Origin: an uncultured Acidimicrobiia bacterium
GTDB lineage: Bacteria > Acidobacteriota > Vicinamibacteria > Vicinamibacterales > UBA2999
NCBI GenBank assembly: GCA_963795125.1
Contig: CAWCGQ010000002.1
Location: forward strand, 264,025 to 328,024
Length of the DNA stretch: 64,000 nt
Direction: 5' to 3'
The notes below the pieces were generated by a model, which was not told where the DNA came from, did no database searches, and saw only the letters and a list, made by a program, of their open reading frames with translations. Every line of letters begins with the position of its first letter. The first letter of the stretch is position 1. The translations under genes were made by a program, and so were the position numbers. This document shows positions 20,741-33,833 of the stretch, piece after piece.

Positions 20741-21385
20741 CTACTCGGCGTAGACGACCGTGCGGACGCTGCGGTGCGCGCGCGCGATTTCCGCGGGCAG
20801 CAGCTTGCTCAAGTAGACCTTGGACTCCGCCGAGTCCTTCGGGTGCGGCTCGTGCTTGCACGACGTTGAACTGCAGCTGCGCGAGCACGGCGCGCATGTC
20901 GTAGTAGCGGTTCTTGGTCTTGACGACCACTTCCTCGAAACCCGCGCGACATCGCCCACACTTCGGATTCCTCGGTCAGGGCGCGAAAATGCCCCTGGCC
21001 GCGCCAGTCGCGGCGCGTGCCGCCAATCCATTGATAGAGAATGCGCCGGCCGTCGAAGTTGACGGCGCCGCCGAGACGGCGCGACCAGGTCGCGCAGCTT
21101 GGTGATCGATTCATCGGCGCGGATCTCGTGGACGATCTTGTAGGACACCGGCACCAGCGCCCCGGACGGGTCGTCCGGCAGCGGCGCTTCGGCCATCAGG
21201 ATCAGCGATTCGCGATCGCGCAGCCGCGTGATGATCTCGTCGGCGGTCTTGCGGCGCGGGAACTCGCCGAAGTATTCCTCGATGTACTGGATTTCCCACG
21301 CGCCGGGTTCGAGCGCGTATTGCTTGATCAGGTACTCCACGAGTTCGACGATTATACGAGAAGCGAAAGCCGGGCGGTGAGCCAA
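20741..21385 (-). pseudogene. GNAT-family N-acetyltransferase-like protein, ~3 frameshifts
   Basis: WIGGTRRDWRGQGHFRALTEESEVWAMSRGF provides the R/QxxGxG/A acetyl-CoA motif. The pieces are spread over three frames. Confidence 0.55.
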
Positions 21386-21412
21386 CGCGGCATGGCAACG
21401 GGCGTCGCGACA

Positions 21413-23040
21413 TCAGTACTCCATGCCGATCGCATTGCCCTGGTCGTCGACGTCTAACTTCTGCGCCTGCGACACTTTACCGAGCCCGGGCATCAGCATC
21501 ATGCTGCCGGCAATCGCCACGACGAAGCCGGCGCCGGCCGACAGCGACACGTCGGTGATGTTCAACGTCCAGCCGACCGGCGCGCCCGCCTGCTTCGGAT
21601 CGTCGGTGAAGGAATACTGCGTCTTGGCGATGCACACCGGCAAACTGCCGTAGCCGAGCGCCGCGAACTTTTCGAGCCGCGATTTCGCCGCCGGCTTGAA
21701 CGACACCTTCGCCGCGCCGTAGACCTGCGTGGCAACGGTGGTGATCTTGTCGGCGAGGCTGTCATCGGGCTGGTAGATCGGCCGCACCCGCGTCGGGATC
21801 GGAAGCGCTCGGCCGCTGCGACGATCTTCGCCGCCAGCTCCGTCATGCCGTCGCCGCCCTTGGCGTAGCCCTCGCACACCGCCGCCTCGGCGCCGAGCGT
21901 GCGGCAGTAGTGGAGCACCAGTTCCAGATCGTCGTCCGGTATCGCCCGGGAATCGATTAAGCGCAATCACCGGCTGGACGCCCCAGCGCCGCAGGTTGTC
22001 GAGGTGACGCGCGAGATTCGGGAAGCCGAGGTCGACCGCGCCGTCGGGCGATCCGCCCTGGGCGCGAAGCGCCTTCAGCGTGACGATCACCGCCGCCGCG
22101 GACGGCACGTGCCCGCACATCGGCATTACCAGGTCGAAGAACTTCTCGGCGCCGAGGTCGGCGGCAAACCCGGTTTCGTTGACGACGTAGTCCGCCAGGT
22201 GCAGTCCCATGCCGCTGCGCCAGCACGCTGCTCGTGCCGTGGGCGATGTTGGCGAATGGCCCGCAGTGCACGATCGCCGGCGCGCCCTCGGTGGTCTGCA
22301 CGAGATTCGGCATCAGCGCGTCGTTCAGCAGCAGCATCATCGGCCCGACCGCTTTCAGGTCGTCGGCCGTCACCGGCCTGCCGTCGTAGCTGAAGCCGAC
22401 GACGATGCGGGACAGCCGCTGCCGGAGGTCGGCGCGGCTGTCGGCGAGCGCGAGGATCGCCATGATCTCCGACGCGGCGGTGATCACGAACCCGGTTTCG
22501 CGCGCCGGCCCGCTCTCGCGGCCGCCGAGGCCGGTGGCAATGCGGCGCAGCGCGCGATCGTTCATGTCCATGCAGCGCGGCCAGAGGATCTCCTTCGGAT
22601 CGATCCGCAGGTCGTTGCCGAAATGCAGGTGCGCGTCGAGCAGCGCCGCAAGCAGGTTGTGCGCCGAGGTGATGGCGTGAAAATCGCCGGTGAAGTGCAG
22701 GTTGATGCGATCGATCGGCTCGAGCGAGGCCCGGCCGCCGCCGGTGGCGCCGCCCTTCATGCCGAACACCGGTCCGAGCGACGGCTCGCGCAGCGCCGCG
22801 ATGGCGCTGGTGACCCAGCTTCACCAGGCCCTGCGTCAGGCCGATGGTGTTGACGGTCTTGCCCTCACCGCTCGTCGTCGGCGTGATGGCCGTGACAAGA
22901 ATCAGCTTGCCGCGCCGCTTGCGAGACCGCTCGAGCGCCTCGAGCCGGATCTTGGCGATCGCATGTCCGTAAGGTTCAATAAGATCCGGCGTCAGACCAA
23001 GGTCGGCGGCAATGTCGGCAATCGGTCGCATATGGGACAC
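21413..23040 (-). pseudogene. fhs: formate--tetrahydrofolate ligase, at least 4 frameshifts
   Basis: [47 protein letters not shown] and CIAKTQYSFTDD are all present but lie in different frames. GTG start at 23040. Confidence 0.9.
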
Positions 23041-23075
23041 GGCATTCTAGTCATTTCCGCGGCTGGCGCGCCCGG

Positions 23076-24331
23076 TTACGGGAGCAGCACGGGCCGCGCC
23101 GCCGCCTTCCACTGCGCGTCCCAGCGTTCGGGCGGGTTGCCGGCGAGCCACTCGCGCGACCTTGCCAGCGGCGAATCGGTCGCGATCGTCTCCGAGCGCA
23201 ACGGTGACCAGCAGGGTCGACAGAGTCGCCCGGGATCGCGGAACGTCACGCCGTGGCGTCCCGCCGTCATCACTTCGCCGAGCACCGGCGCGTAGTCGAA
23301 CACGGCCACCGGAACGCCGCAGCCGCGTAGGTCGGCGAGCTTCATCGGCAGATCGAGCCCCGACGACGATTGATGTAGGCAGAGACCAAGATCGGCCATG
23401 CCGATCAGCGTCGGATAGTCGGCGGGTTCGAGCCACAGCGTCGTCACCGCGATCGCCTTGAACTGTCGCCGCGTGACGCGCGCCTCGAAGGACTCGCGCA
23501 GAGCGCCGCGGCCGGTAAGGATCACGCGCCAGCGCTCGAGATGTTGCCGTCAGAGGCTGACCGCCACCCGCCTCGCGCGTCAGCTGCCGCTCCGCGCGTT
23601 CGAGCGCCTCGAGCACGAGATCGAAATCCTCATCGGGGGTCCAGCTGGTCGGGCAGACGATGATGGGGGACACGAGCGGCGTCGCCAGTGGCGTGCGGCG
23701 CGATGCGGCGCTCCAACGCCGCCGCGTCATCGGCCGACGGCCGCGTGAACGCCGCACCCGGGCGATCGTAGACGACCGCGGCCTTCACCTGGTATTCGCG
23801 CGCGAGCCAGTCGGCCAGGGCTTGTGACACGGCAAGATGCGCGTCGGCGCGCGCCGCCCAGCGCTTCTCGCTGCGCGCAATCGCCCTGACGGCGCGATGA
23901 TGGCTGCCAACCTTCACCGCCGCAATCGTCTGCGCGAGGTTGTGCCAGTCGATCACCAATCGCGCGCCGCGAAGCCGCGAACCAAGCCACGCGACAGACA
24001 GGGTCGGAATGGCAGGCGGATTCTGGACCAGTATCGTGTCCGGCTTGGGGATGCGCAGCAGAATCATCAGCAGCGCGACGCCCTGCCGCACACCGCGCAT
24101 CGCCGATCGGAAGACGAAGCGGTTAACGCCACCTTTCGCTCGATCGGCGAATCCGCGATCGGCCAGGCGATGGACGCGAATGCCCGGGTTCGATGCCACC
24201 GCGGGGATCACCTCGGCGCCGGCGAGGCCGATCAGGTCCACCTCACTGCCGGCGTCGGCCAGTGAGGTCGCGTGATACTGCATGCGCGGGCTGCGGCCCA
24301 GGTCTTCGAGTACGACAACGGCGGTTCGCAT
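23076..24331 (-). pseudogene. ALG1-like (GT33-like) beta-mannosyltransferase family glycosyltransferase, ~2 frameshifts
   Basis: The N-terminus VVVLEDLGRSPRMQYHATSLADAG..VDLIG resembles the ALG1 signature. The C-terminal GT-B half (LCLHQSSSGLDLPMKLADLRGCGVPV) is in another frame. Confidence 0.65.
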
Positions 24332-24383
24332 GTGACGGTGTGCCTGCTGCTTGACGCTTGGTCGCGCCGGACTGGCGTTACGG

Positions 24384-24410
24384 CTGACCCCGCTGGTTGG
24401 ACGGGGTCGG
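24384..24410 (-). terminator. hairpin downstream of the ABC exporter gene
   Basis: gaccccg (24386-92) pairs with cggggtc (24402-08) around a 9-nt loop. It lies about 68 nt after the ABC stop. No U-tract. Confidence 0.4.
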
Positions 24411-24475
24411 GACGCTACTTGGACTGGTAGACGCCCCAAGCGGGCGGAAGGTTCATCCGCTGCCGCTCCCCGCGG

Positions 24476-26275
24476 TCAGGGCAGCTGGCGAAACTGCGGA
24501 TCTGCCAGCAGTTCCTGGTAGCTGCCGACGCCGGCCACGCGGCCCGTCGCGCAGGTAGATCAGCCGATCGCACTGCTTCACGGTCGAGAGCGATGCGCAA
24601 TTGCGATCACCGTGCGTGTGCCAGGCGAGCCAGCGTGCCCGCCGTCGCCACGGCGGAGGTGGGCGATGGCTTCGGTGACCTCACGCTCGGTCGGCGCGTC
24701 GAGCGCGGCGGTTGCCTCGTCAAAGAACAGCACCGCGGGATCGAGATAGAGCGCCCGCGCGATGGCGACGCGCGCGCGCTGCCCGCCGGAGAGGCGAACG
24801 CCGTTCTCGCCAACGACGGTTTCGAGCCGTCGACGGCAGTCCCGCCACCACTTCGTCGAGCCGCGCCTCAGTGACCGCGGCGCCGCAGTTTCGCCTCATC
24901 GATCGCGCCGTCGGGAATGCCGAACGCGATGTTGCGCCGCAGCGAGTCATCGAGCAGGTAGACCTCCTGCGACACGTAGCCAATCTGGCGCTGCCACGCG
25001 CGCTCGCGGCCGTCGAGCGGCTCGACCATCGATCAGCACCTGGCCGGTGGTCGGCGGCAGCAGTCCCAGCAGAACGTCGACCAGGGTGCTCTTGCCGGCG
25101 CCGGTCGGGCCGACGATGCCGATCGATTCGCCGCGATGGATGGTGAACGAAACCCGATCGAGCGCCAGCGGCGGCCCGTCGTCGTAGCCGAACGACACGT
25201 CGTCGCACGACAGCGTCTGCCGCAGCATCGGCCGATCGTGATCGTAGGATCCGCGCCGGCGGCACGCGCAGGTGCCGCATGTCGTCGTCCATGCTCCGGA
25301 TCCACGGCTGCGCTTCGCGCAGGTCGGCCGATGTTCAACCTGATGCGATTGACCGACGGCACCACGCGAAAACCGGTGTAGGCGAACAGCGCGAGGACCG
25401 AGACGGTGTCGCCGCCGGAGACGTCCTGTCGCATCACCAGGAACACCACGATCAGCATGCTGACGATCAGCGTCGCCTCGACGCCGAGGCGCGCCAAGGC
25501 TCGCCGCCCACGCGCGGCGCTGTTTGGTGAGCGCCGAGCTCGCGCTTGACGTGGCGAAACCGCTCTTCGAAGAACGGCTGGCGGCCGGCGACCGTGACGT
25601 CCTTGATCGCGCCGAGGCTCTGCTGCAGCAGGTGCAGCTGCTGCTGATGCAGCGTCGCGTTCGGCCTCGCCGATCTGCTCCCACGATCGACGCGTCAGCA
25701 CGATCGGCACCAGCACGAGCGCCAGCACGATGCCGACGGTGACCAGCGTGATCGGCGGCGCCGACACCATCAGCACCGCGGCGAGCGCGACGATGGTCAC
25801 GGCTTCGGCGAGGATGTTGATCGCCGAGCCCGCCGACCAGCTCGTAGGCGATGTCCGAGGCGCGCGTCATCGGCTCGATCAGCGACGCCGAGCGGCGCCT
25901 GGCATGAAACAGGTAGTCGGACGACAGGTAGCGCGCGAGCAGGCGTTCGGCGGCGATCGCCGACGAGCGGTAGACCAGGTCCCTGCCGCAGCCACTCGGC
26001 CCAGGACGAGCAACAGCCGCGCGCAGCACGTAGAACACGCCGACCGCCAGCGCGAGCAGCGCCACCAGCGAGCGCGGCTCGGTGGGCCACATCGCCCACA
26101 ATCGCGACACCACCGGCGCGGTGCGCACCTGCTCCGGATCGACCACCAGCCGCAGCAGACCGAACACCGCCAGCGCGCCGGCGGCTTCGATCATCGCGGC
26201 CAGGCCGGCGACCGGCACCAGCGCGAACCAGCGCCAGCGCTCGCGCGCCGGCAGCCATCCGATCACCGTTCGCAC
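24476..26275 (-). pseudogene. MsbA-like ABC exporter (fused permease and ATPase), many frameshifts
   Basis: Walker A GPTGAGKST, the signature [15 protein letters not shown] and the end ...SYQELLADPQFRQLP are found in shifted frames. The N-terminal TMD is in ORF 24947..26275. Confidence 0.85.
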
Positions 26276-26329
26276 GTCACGCAGTCACGCGGGACCTGCC
26301 CCACTTGTGCTGTTCAGCTACACTACCGC

Positions 26330-27724
26330 ATGCAAGACCTCACCTCCGGCTCGCTCACCGAGCACCTGCTCAAAACGACGAGCTTCATGCTGGTCAGCAT
26401 GGTCTTCCAGACGCTCTACGTCCTGGTCGATCTGTTCTGGATGGGGCGGCTCGGCACCGACGCGATCGCGCGCGGTCGGGCTGGCCGGCAATCTGTCGTT
26501 CGTCGTGATCGCGATCACGCAGATGCTCAGCGTCGGCGCGACGACGCTGGTGTCGCATGCGTCGGGACGGAAGGATCAGGACCGCGCGATTTTCCTGTTC
26601 AACCAGTCGCAGGTGCTGTCGATGGTCGTCGGCGATGCGTGTTTTTCGCGTTGGCGATGCGCTTCCGTCATCAGTATGCGGCCGAGCCAGAGCGCGACCG
26701 AGGGCATGCGGATCGCGACCGAGCAGTATCCTGCTGTGGTTCATCCCGGCGATGGCGCTGCAGTTCGCGATGGTGGCGATGGGCGCGGCGCTGCGCGGCA
26801 CCGGCAATTTCAAGCCGGGCATGTGGGTGCAGATCGGCACCGTCGTGATCAACATGGTGCTCGCGCCGCTTCCTGATCTTCGGCTGGGGTCCGTTTCCGG
26901 AGATGGGCGTCAGCGGCGCGGCGGTGTCGACGCTTCGTGGCGATCGTCGTCGGCGTGGCGTGGATCTCGGTTTACTTCCTCGACGCCAACGCCTACCTGC
27001 GTTTTCACTTCCGGCCACTGGAAGCCGCAGCTGCGGGTGTGGTGGGAAATGTTGAAGATCGGCCTGCCGGCCGGCGCCGAGTTCGCGATGATGGGCATTT
27101 ACATGGCGGTGATCTACGCGATCACCAAGCCGTTCGGCGCGGCGGCGCAAGGCGGCTTCACGATCGGCCTGCGGATCGTGCAGTCGGCGTTCCTGCCGGT
27201 GGTGGCGCTCGGATTCGCGGTGGCGCCGGTGGCGGGACAGAACTTCGCGGCGCGCAAGGGCGATCGGGTGCGGGCGGCGTTCAAGGCGGCCGCCGGCCTG
27301 GCGGCGGGCCTGATGCTGGTGATGGCGATCGGCATTTATTTCGCCGCCGCGGCGCTGATGGGCATCTTCACGAACGATGCCGAGGTCACCCGCGGTCGGC
27401 GTCGAGTACCTGCGGATCGTGGTGCTGACGTTTGTCGCCTCTGGCATCACGTTCGTGTCGTCGAGCATGTTCCAGGCGCTCGGCAACACCATGCCGTCGC
27501 TGGTGACGTCGGCCCTGCGGCTCGTCATGAGCGTGATCCCGGCGATCTTTCTCGCACGCGTGCCGGGCTTCCACCTGACGTGGATCTGGTACCTGAGCGC
27601 GGCGGCGGTGTTCCTGCAGATGACCGCCAACCTGCTGCTGCTGCAGCGCGAGTTCCGGCTGAAGCTCGACACGCCCCGCCGCTCCCGTCGCGGTGGCGGG
27701 GGCGTAGGAATAAAACGGGACTGA
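26330..27724 (+). pseudogene. MATE-family efflux transporter, ~6 frameshifts
   Basis: A 12-TM-like hydrophobic sequence (LLKTTSFMLVSMVFQTLYVLVDLFWMGRLG ... ) is rebuilt from ORFs 25730, 26082, 26557, 26937 and 27377. Confidence 0.75.
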
Positions 27725-27757
27725 CTCAAACGCTCAGACCCCGTATAATCTCCGCAC

Positions 27758-29316
27758 GTGAAGCTCGCGGTCCCGAAAGAATGCCGCCCCGGCGAACGCC
27801 GGGTGGCGGTTACCCCTGAGAACGTCGCCCGCCTGGTCAAGATGGGCTTTGCCGTCGCCGTCGAGCACGACGCCGGCGCCGCCGCCTCATTTGGCGACGA
27901 GGATTACGTCGCGGCCGGCGCGGAGATCGTCGCCGACGCCCGCACCATCTGGCAGACCGGCGACATCCTCCTCAAGGTGCAGCCGCCGGAGATGCACCCG
28001 ACGCTCGGCGTGCACGAGGCCGAGCTGCTCCGCGAGCACGGCACGCTGATCTCCTTTCTCTATCCGGGCAAGAACACGGACTCGTCGCAGCGCCTGGCGG
28101 CGCGCAAGGCCACCGCGATCGCGGTCGATCAGATTCCGCGCATCTCGCGCGCGCAGAAGATGGACGCGCTGTCGTCGATGGCCAACATCGCCGGCTATCG
28201 CGCGGTGGTCGAAGCGGCGAGTTTCTACGGGCGCTTCTTCACCGGCCAGATGACGGCGGCCGGCCGCGTGCCGGCGGCCAAGGTGCTGGTGATCGGCGCC
28301 GGCGTGGCCGGCCTGGCGGCGATCGGCGCGGCGCGCGGCATGGGCGCGATCGTGCGCGCCTTCGACACGCGGCCGACGGTCAAAGAGCAAGTCAAGAGCA
28401 TGGGCGCCGAGTTCATCGAGCTCAACGTCGCCGAAGACGGCGAGGGCGCGGGCGGCTACGCCAAGGAGATGAGCCCGGCGTTCATCAAGGCCGAGATGGA
28501 GATGTTCGCCGCGCAGGCCAAGGACGTCGACATCATCATCACCACCGCGCTGATTCCCGAACCGGCCCGCGCCGATCCTGATCACCGAAGAGATGGTCAA
28601 GACGATGAAGAAGGGCTCGGTGATCGTCGACCTGGCCGCCGAGAACGGCGGCAACTGCGCGCTGACCGAGCCGGGCAAAGTCGTCGAGCACTACGGCGTT
28701 CACATCCTCGGCTACACCGATCTGCCGAGCCGCCTGGCGCCGACCGCCAGCCTGCTGTTCGGCAACAACCTGACGCACCTGCTCGCGGACCTGGGCGGCG
28801 CCAGCCATTTCCATCTCGATCTCGCCGACGAAGTGGTCCGCGGCGCGCTGGTGCTGCGCGACGGCGAGCTGCTGTGGCCGCCGCCGCCACGGCCGCCGGC
28901 GGCGCTGCCGCCGGATCCGAAGCTGGCGGCGGCCAAGGTCGCCCGCGCCGATCATCACCGAGAAGCCGAAGAGCGTCGCCGGACCTGGCGTTCGCCGTGC
29001 TCGGCGCGGCGGCGTTCGTCTGGCCTGGGCCTGGTCGCCCCGCCGGCGTTTCTGTCGCACCTCACGGTGTTCGCGCTCGCCTGCATCGTCGGCTGGCAGG
29101 TGGTGTGGAACGTGACGCCGGCGCTGCACACGCCGCTGATGAGCGTGACCAACGCGATCAGCGGCATCATCGTGATCGGCGGCATGCTGCAGGTCAGCGG
29201 CCCGCCGACGCTCGGCGGTCGTGATCCTCGGCGCCGCGGCGATTCTGCTCGCGACGATCAACATCGCCGGCGGCTTCCTGGTCACGCAGCGCATGCTGAA
29301 AATGTTCCGTCGATAG
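27758..29316 (+). pseudogene. pntA: NAD(P) transhydrogenase alpha subunit (dI plus membrane dII part in one gene), ~3 frameshifts
   Basis: QIPRISRAQKMDALSSMANIAGY, VLVIGAGVAGLAAIG and the TM tail [21 protein letters not shown]...[13 protein letters not shown] end at TAG 29314-16. Confidence 0.9.
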
Positions 29317-29319
29317 CGC

Positions 29320-30726
29320 ATGCCTGAGACCCTCGTCACCATCGCGTATCTCGCGGCCGGGCTGCTCTTCATCTTCAGCCTCGGCGGGCTCTCGAAGCAG
29401 GAGTCGGCGCGGCCGCGGCAACGTGCTCGGCATGCTCGGCATGCTGATCGCCGTCGCGGTCACCGCGTTCGGACCGCGCGTCGACAGTTACGCCGTGATG
29501 ACCGGCGCCCTGCTGGTCGGCGGCGCGATCGGCGCGGTGCTGGCGTCGCGGGTCGAGATGACCGCGATGCCGCAGCTGGTCGCGATCCTGCACAGCTTCG
29601 TCGGCGCGGCGGCGGTGCTGGTCGGCATCGCCACCGCGATGAATCACACGCAGGTGCTCGGCGGCGTCGAGGCGCGCATTCACGAAATCGAGATCTTCGT
29701 CGGCGTGTTCGTCGGCGCCATCACCTTTACCGGATCGGTCATCGCCTTCGGCAAGCTGCAGGGCCTGATCGGCAGCAAGCCGCTGCTGCTGCCGGGCCGG
29801 CACCTGATCAACCTGATCGCGATCCTGGCGTGCCTCTACCTCGGCTCGTGGTTCGTGTTCCACGGCAACTACTTCGCGCCGGTGTGGCCGCTGCTGGCCA
29901 TCACGGCGATCGCGTGCCTGCTCGGCATTCACCTGGTGATGGCGATCGGCGGCGCCGACATGCCGGTGGTGGTGTCGATGCTCAACAGCTACTCGGGCTG
30001 GGCGGCGGCGGCGGCGGGCTTCATGCTCGAGAACGACCTGCTGATCATCACCGGCGCGCTGGTCGGCTCGAGCGGCGCGATCCTGAGCTACATCATGTGT
30101 CACGCGATGAACCGCTCGTTCCTCAGCGTGATCCTCGGCGGCTTCGGCGCCGACGAGGGCGCGGCGCCCGGGCGGCGCCTCGGCGCAGCCGGCCGGCGAA
30201 GTGAAGGCGGTGACCGCGGAGGATACCGCCGACTTCCTGCGCGACGCCAAGCAACGTGGTGATCGTCCCCGGCTACGGCATGGCGGTGGCGCAGGCGCAG
30301 TATCCGCTCTACGAAGTCACCAAGCTGCTGCGCGAGAAGGGCGCCAACGTCCGCTTCGCGATCCACCCGGTGGCCGGCCGCCTGCCCGGGCACATGAACG
30401 TGCTGCTGGCCGAGGCCAAGGTGCCGTACGACATCGTGCTCGAGATGGAAGAGATCAACGACGACTTCAAGGACACCGACGTCGTCATCGTGATCGGCGC
30501 CAACGACATCGTCAATCCCGGCGCGCTCGACGATCCGTCCAGCCCGATTTACGGCATGCCGATCCTCGAAGTCTGGAAAGCCAAGACCTGCATCGTGATG
30601 AAGCGCGGCATGGCCAGCGGCTACGCCGGCGTCGACAATCCGCTGTTCTACAAGGACAACACCCGGATGCTGTTCGGCGATGCGAAGAAGATGATCGACG
30701 CGGTGCTGTCGGCGCTGAAGACCTAG
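29320..30726 (+). pseudogene. pntB: NAD(P) transhydrogenase beta subunit, ~3 frameshifts
   Basis: [38 protein letters not shown] and [21 protein letters not shown] lie across ORFs 29320, 29423, 30201 and 30256. Confidence 0.9.
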
Positions 30727-30766
30727 CCCGCGCCGGGCAGTCGGGAGGTCTCTGCTGGACGGGCCG

Positions 30767-31827
30767 CTAGACCGGCCCGAACGCCAGGAACGTCCGCGGA
30801 TTGTCCACCAGGATCGACTGCAGCGTCGCCTCGGGCAGGCCCGCCTTCAGCAGCATCGGCGCAAACACGGTGACCGCCTGTCCCAGTCCGCCGCCGCCGT
30901 TTTTCTTGAGGCCGCGGGCGTTCGAGAAGTCCGACGCAATCAGGATCTTCGACGCGTGGCCGGCCGCGACGATCGCCATGATCGTCGTCACCTTCTGCGC
31001 GTCGGGCACGAGCGCGATGGTGACGCGATCGAAACCGACGAACGCGCCGCGCTGCGCGATCTCGATCGGAATCTCCGCTTTCGGATCGTCGAGACAGCAG
31101 ACGTGGCCGATCGCCAGGTTGGCCGGCTTCACGCCGTTGGCGAGCAGCAGATCGAGCTGCTTGATGGCGGTGTCTTTCGGCACCGGGTTCTGCGTCGGGC
31201 GCGTGCCGGTGTAGGCGTTGTGCGTGAAGATCGGCAGCCCGGTGCGGGCGTGGGCCTTGGCGATCGCCGTGAACACCTTGCGCTCGTCGTCGGTCATCAC
31301 GCCGCCCTGCTGGCCGATCTCGCCGAAGGCGCCGAAGCGCGAGGCGGCGGCCTCCTTGGCGAGCTCGATCGGCGATCTGGTCCACCGACTTGGCGGCGAG
31401 GTCGGCGGGATAGGTGCGCTGCATGTAATAGCCGCCGCTGGCGATCACCGGCAGGCCGGACTCGGTCGAGATGCGCTTGAGCGCATCGACGCTGCGATTC
31501 ATGTCGGCGTGGCCGCCGTCGACGATCGCCGCAATGCCGTCGGCTTTGGCGGCGCGCGCCTCCTCGATCATCAGCGCCACGTCGTCGGTGAAGTGTTCGC
31601 TTGGCGCCGAGCGGAAAGCGCATCGACAGATGCTCGTGGAACAGCGACGGCCCCGACGCCAGTTCGTCCGGCGCCAGGTCCTTCAGGAGGGTGCGAATGA
31701 TCGCGCCCTTGGCAAACACCGGGCGCGCCGGCGCCTGCGCGGACAGCGTGGCTCCCGCGCGTCCGGCGACGCCGGCCGCGGCGCCGGCGCCAAGCATCGC
31801 GAGCGCTTCACGTCGTGTCAGGTTCAT
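30767..31827 (-). pseudogene. phosphotriesterase-family (PTE-like) metal hydrolase with a Tat-like signal, ~2 frameshifts
   Basis: MNLTRREALAMLGAGAAAG signal, HEHL motif (SLFHEHLSM), then IVDGGHADMNR and AIGHVCC...ASDF in other frames. Confidence 0.75.
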
Positions 31828-31857
31828 CGTCGGGCAGGGTAACATACGACACTTTCC

Positions 31858-32668
31858 ATGAATCACGTTTTCGCGGACCTGCCGCTCGCGCGGCGCCTCG
31901 AACAGACCGAGGGCCGCGGCAATGCCGCGTTTGTCGATGCGCAGGCGCGTCTCGATCCCAACTCCGGGCGCGATCTGGAAGGTCGCCGCCGGCACGTCGG
32001 TGATGTTCGCCGGCGTCGGCTCGCCGACTCACCCAGACCTTCGGGCTGGGATTGCACCAGCCGCTGAAGCGAAGACGACCTCGATGCGATCGAGCGTTTC
32101 TTCAAGACGCGCGGATCGGCGGTGAGCCACGAGGTCTGTCCGCTGGCGGGAGTCGGAGGTGTTTGCGACGCTGGCGCGGCGCGGCTATCGTGCCGGTCGA
32201 ACTGTCGAGCGTGCTCTATCAACCGATCGACGCCACCACGCAGCATTGCGGCCAACCCGCAGCTGACGGTGCGGCCGGTCGAGCCGCAGCGAAGGCGCGC
32301 TCTACGCCAGGGTGTCGGCTCAGGGATGGAGTGACCATCCCGAACTGATGCCGTATATCGAAGGCTTCGCGCGAGTTGAGCATGGCGTGCGCCACGCTGC
32401 TTCGTGGCGGAGCGCGACGGCCCGCCGATCGCGACCGCGGCGTTGTTCATGCACGAGGGCACGGCGCTGCTCGCCGGCGCCAGCACCGTCCCCGAAGGCC
32501 GGCGCCAGGGTGCGCAGAACGCGCTGCTCGACATTCGACTGCGGATGGCGGCATTAAACGGATGTAATCTGGCGATGATGGTGGCCGTCACCCGGCAGCG
32601 CCTCGCAGCGCAACGCCGAGCGGCAGGGATTCCGGATCGCCTATACACGAACCAAATGGCAACTGTAA
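31858..32668 (+). pseudogene. GNAT-family acetyltransferase-like protein, ~6 frameshifts
   Basis: The C-terminal piece ...GASTVPEGRRQGAQNALLDIRLRMAALNGCNLAMMVA...QRNAERQGFRIAYTRTKWQL fits a GNAT fold. The N-terminal pieces are fragmentary. Confidence 0.5.
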
Positions 32669-33833
32669 TTCACGCGCTCATCGTCGTGTTCGCCTGCCTC
32701 TCGCCGGCCGCCGCGCAGTCGACGCGCGTCGAAACCATCGCCGAGGAGCAGGCCGAGAAGGCCAAGGCGCTCGGCGCCGAGGGCCCGTCCGAGGCGGAGC
32801 GCATCATCCGGCGCGTGCTGCTGTCGCCGCTGCTCAACGGCGGCGAAGGTGTGTATCCGTGGTTCGGCAGCGTCTACCGCGGCACCGGCATGGCGGTCGG
32901 CGTCGGCTTCCTCACAGCGCTTCCAGAACGCGGCGTACTTCAATCTCCAGTCCGGCATCTCGATCAACAACTCGATGCTGGTGCGCGGCGGCGTTCGCGG
33001 CGCCGGAGTTGTGGCGCGGCAGGATGCAGTTCGAGACCAGCGCCCAGTGGCTCGACGCGCGCGGCGTGTCGTTCTACGGCTTCGGCCAGGATTCTTCCCG
33101 CGACCACCGCGAACGGTTCGACTACACGCCCAAGGACATTGGCGCCAGCCGCCACGATCAGGCCGATCCGATTCGTCGCGCTGACCGGCGGCTACACCTT
33201 CATGAATTTCGACACGCACCGCGACGCGCCGCGTTTCTCCGGCGTCGACGCGCCGGGCATGGACGAGGAGCTGAACTATCACGTCACGCGCGGCACCGTC
33301 GCGTTCGACTGGCGGCCGTCGCCCGTCCTACAGCACGCGCGGCGGCTACTACCGCGCCACGTTCGAGCGCAACCAGGAAGCCAAGAGCCTGCCGTATTCC
33401 TTCACCGCGCAGGAATACGAGGTCGTGCAGCTGGTGCCGCTGGTGCGCGAGCAGTTCGTGCTGGCCGCGCGCGGGCTGATGACGCTGACCACGCCCGATC
33501 GCGGCCACGAGGTGCCGGTGATGCTGTCGCCGTTTCTCGGCAGCGGCTCGCACGCTGCGGGGCTTCGCCAACCGTCGCTTCACCGATCGCAATCGCGTGC
33601 TGCTGACCGGCGAGTACCGCTGGCGGCCGTCGCGCTATCTCGACATGGCGCTGTTTCTCGACGCCGGACAGGTCGCGGCGCGACCGCCGCGATTTCGACT
33701 CTCGACGAGTTCGACGTCGCCTGGGGCATCGGCGCGCGCTTCCACGGCCCCACGTTTCAACGCCCTGCGCATCGAGGTCGCGCGCGGGCGGGAGGGCATC
33801 CGGCTGATCTTCACCGGATCGCAGCCATTCTGA
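32656..33833 (+). pseudogene. Omp85/BamA-family-like outer-membrane beta-barrel protein, ~5 frameshifts
   Basis: Signal MATVIHALIVVFACLSPAAAQ. The C-terminus ...LRGFANRRFTDRNRVLLTGEYRW...AWGIGARF...LRIEVARGREGIRLIFTGSQPF resembles a bacterial surface antigen barrel. Confidence 0.55.
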
